Origin: Intestinibacillus massiliensis
GTDB lineage: Bacteria; Bacillota; Clostridia; Oscillospirales; Butyricicoccaceae
DNA: 64,000 nt
Direction: 5' to 3'
NCBI RefSeq assembly: GCF_900155735.1
Contig: NZ_LT707059.1
Location: forward strand, 466,171-530,170
Shown: positions 19,290-29,251 of the stretch, one piece after another
How the letters are laid out: every line of letters starts with the position of its first letter
Position numbering within the stretch: the first letter of the stretch is position 1
Notes under the pieces: model-generated
The model's input: the letters and a program-made list of their open reading frames with translations, nothing else
What the model was told of the DNA's origin: nothing
Databases searched by the model: none
Position numbers and translations under genes: made by a program

Positions 19290-19538
19290 ATGGAATCTCG
19301 GATTGCTTTTATCGGGATCGTGGTGGACGACCGCGATTGCAGCGCTACGGTCAACACGCTGCTGCATGAATATGGGGACTATATTGTCGGACGGCTCGGC
19401 GTGCCGTACCGCGGTAAGGGGCTGTCCCTGATCAGCATTATTATCGACGCGCCGGGCGACCTGATCAGCGCGCTCAGCGGCAAGCTGGGGCGGATCGCGG
19501 GCGTGCAGGTCAAAACACAGTATGTAAAGGAGAAATGA
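19290..19538 (+). CDS. TM1266-like small regulator (family annotated as putative iron-only hydrogenase system regulator)
   Basis: MESRIAFIGIVVDDRD...LLHEYGDYIVGRLGVPYRGKGLSLISIIIDAP, 82 aa. GGAGGAA RBS. Stop overlaps the next gene region. Confidence 0.7.
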   Translation: MESRIAFIGIVVDDRDCSATVNTLLHEYGDYIVGRLGVPYRGKGLSLISIIIDAPGDLISALSGKLGRIAGVQVKTQYVKEK

Positions 19539-19543
19539 CCTTG

Positions 19544-20533
19544 ATGAAGAAGTTTATGGCGGCGTTGCTGCTGCTTTCCATGGCACTGGCGGGTTGCGGC
19601 GCGGAAAAGCAGCCTGAGGCAGCCGCCGCGCCGGCCGGCCCGACCCGTGTGGCGGCGCTCAAGGGGCCGACCGCGATCGGCATGGTCAAAATGATGGATA
19701 CTTATAAGGGACAGCCGGGGATCTATACGTTTGACCTGTATACAGGCGCGGACGAAATCGTGCCGCTGCTCGTCAAGGGCGAGGTCGATATTGCGCTCGT
19801 GCCCGCCAATGTCGCCGCGACGCTATATCAGAAGACCGAAGGCCAGGTGCGCGTAATCGGCGTGAACACGCTCAGCGTACTGGAGTTTGTGACCGCCGAC
19901 ACGGCCGTGCAGTCGGTTGCCGGCCTGAAGGGCAAAAAGGTTTATATGACCGGCAAGGGCACCACGCCGGAATATGCGCTCCGTTATGTGCTGGAAAAGA
20001 ACGGCCTTTCGATGGACGACATGCAGATTGATTTTAAAAGCGAGGCCGCGGAAGTTGTTGCCGCGCTGACACAGGACGCGAGCGCGGTCGGCCTGCTGCC
20101 GCAGCCGTTTGCCACGGTTGCCACCACGCAAAACGATACGCTCCAAATTGTGATGCATCTGGGCGACGAGTGGGACAAGGTCGCGCAGGACGGCAGCCAC
20201 CTGGTCACGGGCGTCACGGTTTCGCGTATGGGATTCGAGCCGATGGCGATGGACGCCTTCCTGAGCGACCACGCGGAATCCGCGCAGTTTGTGAAGGAAC
20301 ATCCCGACGAAGCCGCGCCGCTCGTAGAGGAAAGCGGTATCGTCAAGGCGCCAGTCGCGCAGAAGGCGATCCCCAATTGCGGCATCGTATCGCTGAAGGG
20401 CGAGGAGATGAAGCAGGCGCTGCAGGGCTATTTGGAGGCGTTGTATGAAATATCGCCCGAAGCGGTGGGCGGCGCGCTGCCGGACGACAACTTTTATGCG
20501 GTCGACACAATGGACTTCGTAAATAAGAAATGA
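19544..20533 (+). CDS. ABC transporter substrate-binding lipoprotein (NMT1/THI5-like, nitrate/sulfonate/bicarbonate family)
   Basis: MKKFMAALLLLSMALAGCG lipobox signal. AGGAGA RBS 10 nt upstream. Confidence 0.85.
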   Translation: MKKFMAALLLLSMALAGCGAEKQPEAAAAPAGPTRVAALKGPTAIGMVKMMDTYKGQPGIYTFDLYTGADEIVPLLVKGEVDIALVPANVAATLYQKTEGQVRVIGVNTLSVLEFVTADTAVQSVAGLKGKKVYMTGKGTTPEYALRYVLEKNGLSMDDMQIDFKSEAAEVVAALTQDASAVGLLPQPFATVATTQNDTLQIVMHLGDEWDKVAQDGSHLVTGVTVSRMGFEPMAMDAFLSDHAESAQFVKEHPDEAAPLVEESGIVKAPVAQKAIPNCGIVSLKGEEMKQALQGYLEALYEISPEAVGGALPDDNFYAVDTMDFVNKK

Positions 20534-21312
20534 GCCGGTTTCGTAGTTTATTAGGGACAAAGGCGGCGCGGGGCACGCTCGCTGCAATATTTTGGCTGGC
20601 GGCCTGGCAGGCCGTCAGCTTTTGCGCGCCCAAAATCCTTTTTGCTTCCCCGCGCCGTACCGTTGCCGCGCTGGCACGCCTGGCAGGGCAGGGCGGGTTC
20701 TGGCTGTCCGTTGCACACACTCTTGGCAAGTCCGCGCTGGGCTTTTTGCTCGCGTTTGTGTCGGCGGTGCTGCTCGCGGCCGTTGCGCACCGTTTCCGGG
20801 TGGCCAAGACGCTGCTGGAGCCGGCGGTCCAACTGATGAAAAGCCTGCCGGTGGCCTGTTTTGTGGTCGTCGCGCTGATATGGATGCCGTCCGCCTGGAT
20901 TTCCGTACTTGTGGCTGGGTTTGTCGTATTTCCGGTGACCTATATCAATTTACAGGATGGGTTGTCACGGCTTGACCGCCAGCTTGACGAGATGGCGCAG
21001 GTGTTCCGGGTGCCGTTTGCCGCACGTTTGCGGTACCTATACTTGCCGCAGGTTTTACCCGGCGTGCTGTCGGGGTGCCGGGTGTCGGTCGGCATGTGCT
21101 GGAAGGCGGGGATCGCGGGCGAAATCATCGGCCTGCCGCTGCATTCGATCGGCGAACAGCTCTACCTTTCCAAGTTTTACATGGCGGTGGACGAGCTGTT
21201 TGCATGGTCGCTCGTGATTATCGCGATCAGCCTGGTTTTGGAGAAGCTGATCGCAAGGGCGCTGCGTTACTTAAGGCGGAAGATGGAGGGCGGCTATGGA
21301 GATCCGGTTTGA
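20530..21312 (+). CDS. ABC transporter permease (binding-protein-dependent, SsuC/TauC-like)
   Basis: 260 aa, 6 TM. Start overlaps upstream stop. Confidence 0.85.
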   Translation: MSRFRSLLGTKAARGTLAAIFWLAAWQAVSFCAPKILFASPRRTVAALARLAGQGGFWLSVAHTLGKSALGFLLAFVSAVLLAAVAHRFRVAKTLLEPAVQLMKSLPVACFVVVALIWMPSAWISVLVAGFVVFPVTYINLQDGLSRLDRQLDEMAQVFRVPFAARLRYLYLPQVLPGVLSGCRVSVGMCWKAGIAGEIIGLPLHSIGEQLYLSKFYMAVDELFAWSLVIIAISLVLEKLIARALRYLRRKMEGGYGDPV

Positions 21313-21865
21313 AAACGTCTGTAAATCATATGATGGCCGTCCGGTCTTGCAGGATTTTAACTGGGCGGTGCGGGACGGTGAAATTTGGCGGCTGGAGGGC
21401 GCGTCCGGGATCGGGAAGACGACAGTACTGCGGCTGCTGCTTGGGCTGGAGCAGCCGGATGCAGGGCAAATTACAGGCCGCCCGGGCATCCAGATGACGG
21501 CGGCGTTCCAGGAACACCGGTTGTGCCCGTGGCTGGACGCGCGCGATAACCTGCGGATGGTGTGCACGCGCAAAATCGGGGACAGGCAGATTGCGGAGGC
21601 ACTCGGCGCGCTGCTGCCTGCGGACAGCCTGGATCAGCCTGTGCGGACGCTATCGGGCGGCATGCAGCGGCGGGTCGCGGTTGTCCGGGCGTTGCTGCCG
21701 GACAGCGCACTTGTGGTACTTGACGAACCCTTTGCCGGGCTTGACCGTTTGAACGTCGAACATATGCTGGGATTTATCACCCGGGAACGGCGGGGCAGGG
21801 CGATGGTGATCGTTTCGCACGAAGGTTACAATTTGCCTGAGCCATTCCAGACGCAAATTCTATAA
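21296..21865 (+). CDS. ABC transporter ATP-binding protein (short form)
   Basis: 189 aa with GASGIGKTT, LSGGMQRR, VVLDEPFAGLD, VSHE. Confidence 0.85.
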   Translation: MEIRFENVCKSYDGRPVLQDFNWAVRDGEIWRLEGASGIGKTTVLRLLLGLEQPDAGQITGRPGIQMTAAFQEHRLCPWLDARDNLRMVCTRKIGDRQIAEALGALLPADSLDQPVRTLSGGMQRRVAVVRALLPDSALVVLDEPFAGLDRLNVEHMLGFITRERRGRAMVIVSHEGYNLPEPFQTQIL

Positions 21866-21934
21866 AATAACGCTGTCCTTTTTGCGCAGGAATTGCTATA
21901 CTGGTAACGGAAAGCTGAAAAAGGAGTACCTGCT

Positions 21935-23149
21935 ATGCAAAAGGGAGAACAGAACAAACTTAGGCTGCTGCTGATGGGGATCAGCGCGCGGCTGGAGCAG
22001 AATAAAGATTATTTCGTATCGCTCGCCATGGAATTTCGCGCGGGCGGGAAGAAATTTACGGCGTCGGTCAAACGCGCGGAGGGTGATCCCGGCTGGCGGC
22101 TGCGCTTCCAGGGTGCCGAGCAGGACGTATCGGCGCAGGGGGCCGCGGATTTTTTTGCGGCGCATGCGGCCGAATATGGGGAGTCCGTGCTGACCTATAC
22201 CGAACGCGGGAAAGCCACCGTGATTACCTGTACGCCGCGCGGCGTCAATATGAAGCAGACCGAGCAGCCGGTGACGGAGGAAAAATCATCCGCCGCCGCG
22301 AACCCGTTGCTGGACAGTGGCCGGCAATACCTGATCCGGGTGGACAAGGCCGCGCTGCTGCTGCGGGAGATCGGTATCCTGACCGAAAGCGGCAAGATCC
22401 GCAACGATATGATCCGGAAATATAACCAGATCGACCATTATGTCGAGCTCGTTGCGCCGATGTTTGAAAAGGACGACAGCCAGGAGATATTGCTGCTTGA
22501 CTGTGCCTGCGGCAAATCCTATTTAAGCTTCGTCATGAATTACTATTTATGCGAGGTACTGGGGCGGCGATGCAGGATTATCGGGATTGATATCAACGCG
22601 CATGTTGTGGAAGAAAGCCGCCGTATGGCGCAGCGGCTCGGTTACCATAATATGACGTTCCAGCAGGCCGACCTGCGGCAGTATGTGCCGCCTGAAAATG
22701 TGACGGCGGTCATTTCGCTGCATGCATGCGACATCGCAACAGACCTCGCGCTCGGGACCGCGATCCGCGCGCAGGCCAAATATATTGCCTGCGTGCCCTG
22801 CTGCCATAAGGAGCTGCTGGAGCAATACCAGTTGCCGGGGCTGGAGCCGCTGACAAAGCACGGCGTGTTTAAGGCGCGTTTCAACGATGTGCTGACGGAC
22901 AGCATGCGCGCGCTGAAGCTGGAGGCGGAAGGGTATAAGGTTTCGGTCGTCGAATATATTTCGCCTCTGGATACGCCGAAGAACCTCCTGATCCGTGCAG
23001 TGCGTACCGGGCATGGGAATGGGCGCGCAAAGCAGGAGTACGAGGCGGTCCGCCGCATCCTGGGGACGACCTCGGAACTCGACCGCCGCTGCGCCGCCAT
23101 GGAGGAAGATTGCTTTTTTATTTCTGACAGTGATTTGACCGGCAGGTGA
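21935..23149 (+). CDS. SAM-dependent methyltransferase (class I fold), function unknown
   Basis: 404 aa, LLDCACGKSYLSF glycine-rich SAM motif region, conserved Cys cluster (CVPCCH). Confidence 0.7.
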   Translation: MQKGEQNKLRLLLMGISARLEQNKDYFVSLAMEFRAGGKKFTASVKRAEGDPGWRLRFQGAEQDVSAQGAADFFAAHAAEYGESVLTYTERGKATVITCTPRGVNMKQTEQPVTEEKSSAAANPLLDSGRQYLIRVDKAALLLREIGILTESGKIRNDMIRKYNQIDHYVELVAPMFEKDDSQEILLLDCACGKSYLSFVMNYYLCEVLGRRCRIIGIDINAHVVEESRRMAQRLGYHNMTFQQADLRQYVPPENVTAVISLHACDIATDLALGTAIRAQAKYIACVPCCHKELLEQYQLPGLEPLTKHGVFKARFNDVLTDSMRALKLEAEGYKVSVVEYISPLDTPKNLLIRAVRTGHGNGRAKQEYEAVRRILGTTSELDRRCAAMEEDCFFISDSDLTGR

Positions 23150-23224
23150 CAGGCACCACCGCGCGCCCCCCGCATAGTCTGTTAATGAAGTGATACTTCA
23201 AAATACTATGTGGAGGTAGTATAC

Positions 23225-23710
23225 ATGGCTGAAAAAATTACCCCGGGTCCCGTAAGTGGAAACGCTTGCATCCGGGAGGCCGTTTGTATTCACACCAACA
23301 AGGTCTATGACTCCTGCAAAAGCAAGGAATGCATCCGCGACCTGCGCGTGTACCTGACGGCGGATTCCCAGGAGTTTATCGACCACGGTGCGATCAGTGC
23401 AAAGGCACGGCAGGCGGAGCTGCTTTGCGTGTGTATCGATGTGGAGAAGGTTCCGTTTAACCGCGGTTTCTACACGGTTGACGTGCGGTTTTTCTATCGC
23501 GTCGTCGTCGAGGCGTCGTGCCCGGTCGGCCGTCCCCAGATCATCGACGGCCTTGCCGTTTTTGACAAGCGCGTGATCCTGTTTGGCAGCGAGGGCGGTG
23601 CAAGGATTTTCTCGTCGAAATATGTGGGCAACAGCCCGGATATCCAGTTGACGCAGAGGACCAATATGCCTATTGCGGTCGTTGATGCCGCGGACATAAA
23701 AAAGGAATAA
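23225..23710 (+). CDS. Hypothetical Cys-rich protein
   Basis: 161 aa from MAEKITPG with GGAGG RBS. N-terminal C-x5-C-x8-C-x4-C. Confidence 0.5.
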   Translation: MAEKITPGPVSGNACIREAVCIHTNKVYDSCKSKECIRDLRVYLTADSQEFIDHGAISAKARQAELLCVCIDVEKVPFNRGFYTVDVRFFYRVVVEASCPVGRPQIIDGLAVFDKRVILFGSEGGARIFSSKYVGNSPDIQLTQRTNMPIAVVDAADIKKE

Positions 23711-23821
23711 AAAAACTGTTGCGCCGGCGAACTTTTGACGGCGCTCATACGTTTATAAAATAGGGAGTATTGCCCAATTGGGATAGGATAGGTATGGCTG
23801 ATAGAGAGGAAGGACGATAAA

Positions 23822-25507
23822 TTGACACGGAGACAAAAAATCAGGCGGCGCAGGGCGGTTCAGCTGGGGACGCTGGCGGTCATCGTGGTTGCGGCGTTGC
23901 TGATCGTACCGCCGCTGCTGGGTAAGGTCGCGGCGCATGCGCCGACGGAGGAAGTTGTACTGCAGTTTGATAACAGTATGGTTTTACATAACGGCGAACT
24001 GGCGCGCATTACGGAAAACGACGGGACTGCGCTCGCCCCTTACCGGGACAACGGGGTGGCCATGCTCCCCATGCGCTGGCTTGCGGAAACAGCTGGGCTG
24101 TCGGTGGCATGGGAACCGGAAAGCAAAGCCATAACGCTGGCCCAGCCGGAAGGGGGGCTTTCGGTAGTGATGACGGCCGGCAGCACGGAAATGCGCGTTG
24201 GGGATGAGACCGTCGCGCTGGATGCGCCGCCGATCCTAAAGGACGGGGTGGCTTATGTGCCGGCCCGCGCGGTAAGCGAAGCGTTTGGATGGAATATTGC
24301 AAGCCCTGCGGAGGCAGGTTCCTATATTTTCCTCGATAACGGCAGCAAACCCGCAGAGCCTACGGAGCAGCAAATCGCCGCGGCAAAAGAAAAACTCGGT
24401 CCATCGCGCGATGAACTGCGCAGCCAGAGCCTGGTTGCGCGTTCCGGTTCCGGGACGATCCTGTGGAACGGCACGGAGGTGGAGCTGAAGACCGATGAAA
24501 ACCATTATTTGGGTGCTGTCAGCCAGGACGGCGTTGATTACCTGCCTGTGGAAGCCACGTTTGCGGCGATCGGCGGCGCGGCGGAGGCGGCAGATAATGG
24601 GTATACGGTGACGTTTGACGGTAAACCCGTTTCGCTGCAGGGCAATAAGGTCGATGGCAAGGCCATTGCCGAAGACGGCGCGGCGCTGTTTACGGATGAG
24701 GACGGGGTGGCATATCTCCCGGGCGAAATGCTGGCTGCCGTGACCGGTATGCAGTACGACAGCCTGTCCGGCGGCGTGTTTGTGCTTACCGCCGCAAAGC
24801 TGGACGGGTTCACGGATCAGGAAACCTACATGACTTCCCTGGGCGCGCAGCTGCCGGACAAGCGGCCGGATATCCCGGACGCGAAGGGCTATATCGCGCT
24901 TACATTCGACGACGGCCCGACGGGCGGTGCGACCGGCCTTACGGCCAAGCTGCTCGACGGCCTGAAGGAACGCGGGGCGCATGCCACTTTCTTTATGTGC
25001 GGCTACCGGATCAAGGATTTCCACACGCATATGAAACGTTACCTCGAAGAAGGCCATGAGCTTGGCAACCATACGATGGATCATCCTTTGAAGTTTTCCA
25101 AGCTTGCCCCGGAGGAGATTTACAACCAGGTAGACAGCAACAGCGCGCTGATCGAGTCCTACACCGGCCAGCGGCCGACGGCGATACGCCCGGTCGGCGG
25201 CGCCGTGACGGATAATGTTAAGGAGCAAATGAAGAAGCTCGGCCTCCCGATCATCAACTGGAGTGTTGATACGCTGGACTGGAAATACCGGGACGCTGCA
25301 CGTATCAAAAAGGTGATTGTCAATGAAGCAAGGGACGGCGATATCGTCCTGATGCACGATTTGCACCAGCCGACAGTGGACGGCGTGCTTGCGGCCATCG
25401 ACGAGTTGCAGGCGCAGGGCTACGCATTCGTAACGGTGCATGAGCTCGCGCAGATCAAGGGCGTTACCCTGGAGCCTGGCACGGTATATACCGACATCAA
25501 GGGCTAA
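23822..25507 (+). CDS. Polysaccharide deacetylase (NodB family) with N-terminal copper-amine-oxidase-like stalk repeats
   Basis: N-terminal TM anchor and three Cu_amine_oxidN1-like repeats. C-terminal NodB motifs TFDDGP, HTMDHP. Confidence 0.85.
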   Translation: MTRRQKIRRRRAVQLGTLAVIVVAALLIVPPLLGKVAAHAPTEEVVLQFDNSMVLHNGELARITENDGTALAPYRDNGVAMLPMRWLAETAGLSVAWEPESKAITLAQPEGGLSVVMTAGSTEMRVGDETVALDAPPILKDGVAYVPARAVSEAFGWNIASPAEAGSYIFLDNGSKPAEPTEQQIAAAKEKLGPSRDELRSQSLVARSGSGTILWNGTEVELKTDENHYLGAVSQDGVDYLPVEATFAAIGGAAEAADNGYTVTFDGKPVSLQGNKVDGKAIAEDGAALFTDEDGVAYLPGEMLAAVTGMQYDSLSGGVFVLTAAKLDGFTDQETYMTSLGAQLPDKRPDIPDAKGYIALTFDDGPTGGATGLTAKLLDGLKERGAHATFFMCGYRIKDFHTHMKRYLEEGHELGNHTMDHPLKFSKLAPEEIYNQVDSNSALIESYTGQRPTAIRPVGGAVTDNVKEQMKKLGLPIINWSVDTLDWKYRDAARIKKVIVNEARDGDIVLMHDLHQPTVDGVLAAIDELQAQGYAFVTVHELAQIKGVTLEPGTVYTDIKG

Positions 25508-25532
25508 AACAGTTTACGCAAAGAGCGGATAC

Positions 25533-25570
25533 AAAAGGGCAGGTACGGATTTTTCCGTACCTGCCCTTTT
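25533..25570. terminator. Bidirectional intrinsic terminator
   Basis: AAAAGGGCAGGTACGGA-ttttt-CCGTACCTGCCCTTTT between the convergent deacetylase and hydA genes. Confidence 0.7.
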
Positions 25571-25613
25571 CAGCCGTGTAAAGATGATCTGCGGGATACC
25601 GGCCGTCCCCATA

Positions 25614-27377
25614 TTAGTCAAGATCGGGGCGTATGGGCGCAGCTGGCATCTCCCAGCCCTCGTGATCCGTATGGAGGAAGTGCTCCGCCATCTCCGACAG
25701 CGGCGCATTGAGATAATCGCGGTAAAGCGTCAGCACCTCGGGGTTTTCATGGGAGAAGCGAAGGGGCGCCCGGCGGTCGATGCCGTATAGGACGGCGGCG
25801 CGGTCTGCGGCGCGCTCCTGGTCGTCCCCCAGGATGGGCTGCCCGCCGCCGCCGACACAGCCGCCTGGGCAGGCCATGACTTCCACGAAGTCATAGTGTA
25901 CGTCGCCCGTCCGGAGCGCCTCCAGCAAGCGGCGTGCATTGCCAAGGCCGTGCGCAACCGCACAGCGGACGGTATCCCCGGCGAGGTCAAACTCCGCTTC
26001 GCGCCAGCCGTCCATACCGCGCACGTTCTGGAACGCGTCCGGCGCGGGGTTCTTGCCGGTCGCCAAGAAGTAGGCGGAGCGCAGGGCGGCTTCCATTACG
26101 CCGCCGGTCGCGCCGAAGATCGCACCTGCACCGGTGCCGGTCCCCAGCGGGCTGTCGGGCGGCGTGGGGGGCATACGGTCAATCGGCAAATGCTCTGCAC
26201 GGAGCAGCCGGTCAAGTTCGCGGGTGGTGAGGACAAGATCCACATCCGCGCCGTACGCAGGGTCGTGCATGGTGGGCAGGGAGCATTCCGCCTTTTTCGC
26301 AAGGCAGGGCATGATGGAAATACTATAAACCGAGCGCGGGTCTACGCCGGCCTTTTGCGCAAAGTAGCTTTTGGAGACTGCGCCGAACATCTGCTGCGGT
26401 GATTTCGCGGTGGACAGGCACGGCGTATACTCCGGGAACTGGGACTTCAGGAACCGCACCCAGCCCGGGCAGCAGGAGGTAAACAGCGGCATAATGCGCG
26501 TTTTGCCTTCGCGGAAATGCCGTAAAAACTCGCTGCCTTCTTCCATAATCGTGAGGTCTGCGGAAAAAACCGTATCAAAAATATAGTCAAAGCCCACTTG
26601 GCGAAGCGCCGTGACGAGCCGCCCGACATCGGCCTGTTCCGGCGGAAGCCCGAACGGTTCGCCCCAGGCGGTGCGCACGGCAGGGGCGATCTGTACGACG
26701 GTCGTCACATGCGGGTTGGCAAGCGCGTCAAAGGCATGCTGCGTATCATCCCGTTCACGCAGCGCGCCGGTGGGGCAATGGGTGATGCACTGGCCGCACA
26801 GCGAACAGTCCGCGTCGGTAATCCGGCGGTTGAGCGAGACGTCCACGGTTGTGCGCCCGCCGGAGCCGGTCAGTTCCCAGATATTCAGCGATTGGATCTT
26901 ATCGCATACCTGCACGCAGCGCACGCACTTGATGCATTTACGCGGATCGCGCTGCAGCGGGAACATCGCAGGCCAAGGATGCCTGTCTGTGCGCGGCAGA
27001 TCGGGCGCATAGGGCGTATCGAGGATGCCGAGGTCGTTTGCCAGACGCTGCAGCTTGCAGGTGCCCGAGCGCACGCAGGTTGCGCAGCGGCAATCATGCT
27101 GCGACAGGATCAGCCCAACGTTGACCCGCCGTGTCGCGCGGGCGCGCGGGGAGTTGGTGAGCACCTCCATGCCCTCCTTGACCGGGTTGTTGCAGGAGGG
27201 GACCATGTGCGCCTCCCCCTTGACCTCGACACAGCAGACGCGGCACGCCCCAATTTCATTTATACCTTTTAAATAGCAGAGTGAAGGGATGGAAATGCCC
27301 ACCGAGGCGGCGGCGTCCATAATGGTCGTGCCTTCCGGCACGCGGACGTTCTTCCCGTTGATCGTTAAATTTACCAT
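25614..27377 (-). CDS. hydA: [FeFe] hydrogenase catalytic subunit
   Basis: 587 aa from MVNLTINGK. 2Fe-2S ferredoxin-like N-terminus, two 4Fe-4S motifs, H-cluster motifs TSCCPGW, MPCLAKKAE, EVMACPGGCVGGGGQP. AGGAGGGAG RBS inside the upstream gene. Confidence 0.9.
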   Translation of the reverse strand: MVNLTINGKNVRVPEGTTIMDAAASVGISIPSLCYLKGINEIGACRVCCVEVKGEAHMVPSCNNPVKEGMEVLTNSPRARATRRVNVGLILSQHDCRCATCVRSGTCKLQRLANDLGILDTPYAPDLPRTDRHPWPAMFPLQRDPRKCIKCVRCVQVCDKIQSLNIWELTGSGGRTTVDVSLNRRITDADCSLCGQCITHCPTGALRERDDTQHAFDALANPHVTTVVQIAPAVRTAWGEPFGLPPEQADVGRLVTALRQVGFDYIFDTVFSADLTIMEEGSEFLRHFREGKTRIMPLFTSCCPGWVRFLKSQFPEYTPCLSTAKSPQQMFGAVSKSYFAQKAGVDPRSVYSISIMPCLAKKAECSLPTMHDPAYGADVDLVLTTRELDRLLRAEHLPIDRMPPTPPDSPLGTGTGAGAIFGATGGVMEAALRSAYFLATGKNPAPDAFQNVRGMDGWREAEFDLAGDTVRCAVAHGLGNARRLLEALRTGDVHYDFVEVMACPGGCVGGGGQPILGDDQERAADRAAVLYGIDRRAPLRFSHENPEVLTLYRDYLNAPLSEMAEHFLHTDHEGWEMPAAPIRPDLD

Positions 27378-29224
27378 TGCGCCTGTCTCCCTCCTTTGAA
27401 AATCCCGTAGCCGTAGTGGTCGCAGCGCAGGCAGCGGGAGGATTCCTGCATCGCCTCTTCGTGGGTCATGCATATCGCGACCTGCTCGAAGTCCTGGCGG
27501 CTCTCGTTAAAGTCCCGGCTGCCGAGGTTGACGCGGCCGCAGGCCGGGACGGAGGTCAGGCGTGCGGGGGGGATGGATACGCCGGTGTCAATGACATGGC
27601 GGAAGCCCAAATAGGAATCAATGTTGGCGGCGGCCACTTTGCCGGCCGCAATGGCGCGGATGACGGTCGAGGGGCCTGTCACGGCATCGCCGCCGGCAAA
27701 GACATGCGGATGGCCTTTGACCAGGCTGTCAGGCAGCGCGCTGATTGCGCCGCGCACCGTCGGCACGCCGGCTTCTGCAAATGCGGAGGAATCGATGCCC
27801 TGCCCGATCGCGACGATAACGAGGTCGCAGGGGATGCGCCGATCCTCTTCGCCCGCGTTGACTGGCCGCGGGCGGCCGTCCGCGCCGACCGGGCCGATCA
27901 TCTGTGGACGTGTCCACAGCGCGCAGACCTTGCCGGAACCGTCCAGTTCAATGCGGACGGGCGCTTGCAGCGGGATAATGTTGCAGCCTTCCGCGGCGGC
28001 TTCCTCGATCTCCTCGTTGAGCGCGGTCATATCCTCCACGCGGCGGCGGTATACGCAGGAAACGGAGTCCGCGCCCATGCGGATCGCCGAGCGCGCCGCA
28101 TCCATCGAGACGTTGCCGCCGCCGATGACGCAGACGCGCTTGCCGGAGAGGTCGCGCGTCTGGCCGTCGCCGTTTTCGCGGAGCATTTCCATGGCCGACA
28201 GGACACCCTCGCCCTCTTCGCCCTCAATCCCGATCTTTTTGTCGATATGGGCGCCGATGCAAATAAAGACCGCGTCGAACGCGCCCTCAATTTCGCTGAA
28301 GCTGCGGTCGCGCCCGATGGAGATATTGGTATGTACGGTGACGCCGGTGGAAAGGATGGCGCGGATATCACGGTCGAGCATCTCGCGCGGCAGGCGGTAG
28401 CTTGGGATGCCGTACCGCAGCATGCCGCCAAGCTGGGCGCGTTGTTCAAAGACCTCGACGTGGTGCCCCATCAGGGACAGGAAATACGCGGCGGTCAGCC
28501 CGCCGGGGCCGCCGCCAATCACCGCGACGCGTTTGCCGGTTGGCTTGGCGCAGGCCGGGACGGGGACTTCGCCGGCCTGTTCGACGGCATAGCGCTTCAG
28601 GCCGCAGATGTTGATTGCGTCGTCTACCATATTGCGGCGGCAGCGCGCCTCGCAGGGATGTTCACACACGAGGGCGCAGGCCGTCGGGAAGGGGTTGTCC
28701 TTGCGGATCAGCCGCACCGCGTCCGCGTAGCGCTTTTCATGGATCAGGGCGATATAGCCCGGGATATCGACATTGGCCGGGCACATCGAAACGCAGGGTA
28801 CGGGCTGCGTCAGCCCGGAATTGCAGCGGTTATTGGTGACATGCTCGATATAATCGTCCCGGAACCCGCGCACGCCGCGTAAAACCATGTTTGCCGCCTC
28901 GAAGCCGATGGCACAGTCCGCGGAATCCGCAATGACCTGCGCGGTCTGCTCGATGCGCTGGATCGTCTCCATGGTCGCGTTGCCGTCGAGCACCTCCTCG
29001 AGCATGTGCGCAAGCTGGCCAAGGCCGATGCGGCAGGGGACGCACTTGCCGCAGGTTTGCGCATGGCACAGCTTTAAAAAGGAGGCTGCCATATCCACAG
29101 GGCATAGGCCGGGCGGGCTTGCGATAATCCGCCGTTCCAGATCGCGATATAGGCCTTCTACGACCATTTGCGCGCGATTTGGGGTTTCGATAATCAGTCT
29201 GCTCAAGTTTTCTCCCCATTTCAT
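27371..29224 (-). CDS. NuoF-like 4Fe-4S / glutamate synthase small subunit (GltD)-like NAD(P)H flavoprotein partner of hydrogenase
   Basis: N-terminal CGKCVPCRIG (NuoF C-terminal 4Fe-4S). Two dinucleotide motifs VAVIGGGPGG and VCVIGGGNVSMD. Stop 1 nt before the hydA start. Start assigned to ATG 29224 because the upstream TTG lies inside the -35 box. Confidence 0.8.
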   Translation of the reverse strand: MKWGENLSRLIIETPNRAQMVVEGLYRDLERRIIASPPGLCPVDMAASFLKLCHAQTCGKCVPCRIGLGQLAHMLEEVLDGNATMETIQRIEQTAQVIADSADCAIGFEAANMVLRGVRGFRDDYIEHVTNNRCNSGLTQPVPCVSMCPANVDIPGYIALIHEKRYADAVRLIRKDNPFPTACALVCEHPCEARCRRNMVDDAINICGLKRYAVEQAGEVPVPACAKPTGKRVAVIGGGPGGLTAAYFLSLMGHHVEVFEQRAQLGGMLRYGIPSYRLPREMLDRDIRAILSTGVTVHTNISIGRDRSFSEIEGAFDAVFICIGAHIDKKIGIEGEEGEGVLSAMEMLRENGDGQTRDLSGKRVCVIGGGNVSMDAARSAIRMGADSVSCVYRRRVEDMTALNEEIEEAAAEGCNIIPLQAPVRIELDGSGKVCALWTRPQMIGPVGADGRPRPVNAGEEDRRIPCDLVIVAIGQGIDSSAFAEAGVPTVRGAISALPDSLVKGHPHVFAGGDAVTGPSTVIRAIAAGKVAAANIDSYLGFRHVIDTGVSIPPARLTSVPACGRVNLGSRDFNESRQDFEQVAICMTHEEAMQESSRCLRCDHYGYGIFKGGRQAQW

Positions 29225-29251
29225 AATGTTGTATGCATTATATCTATTTTT

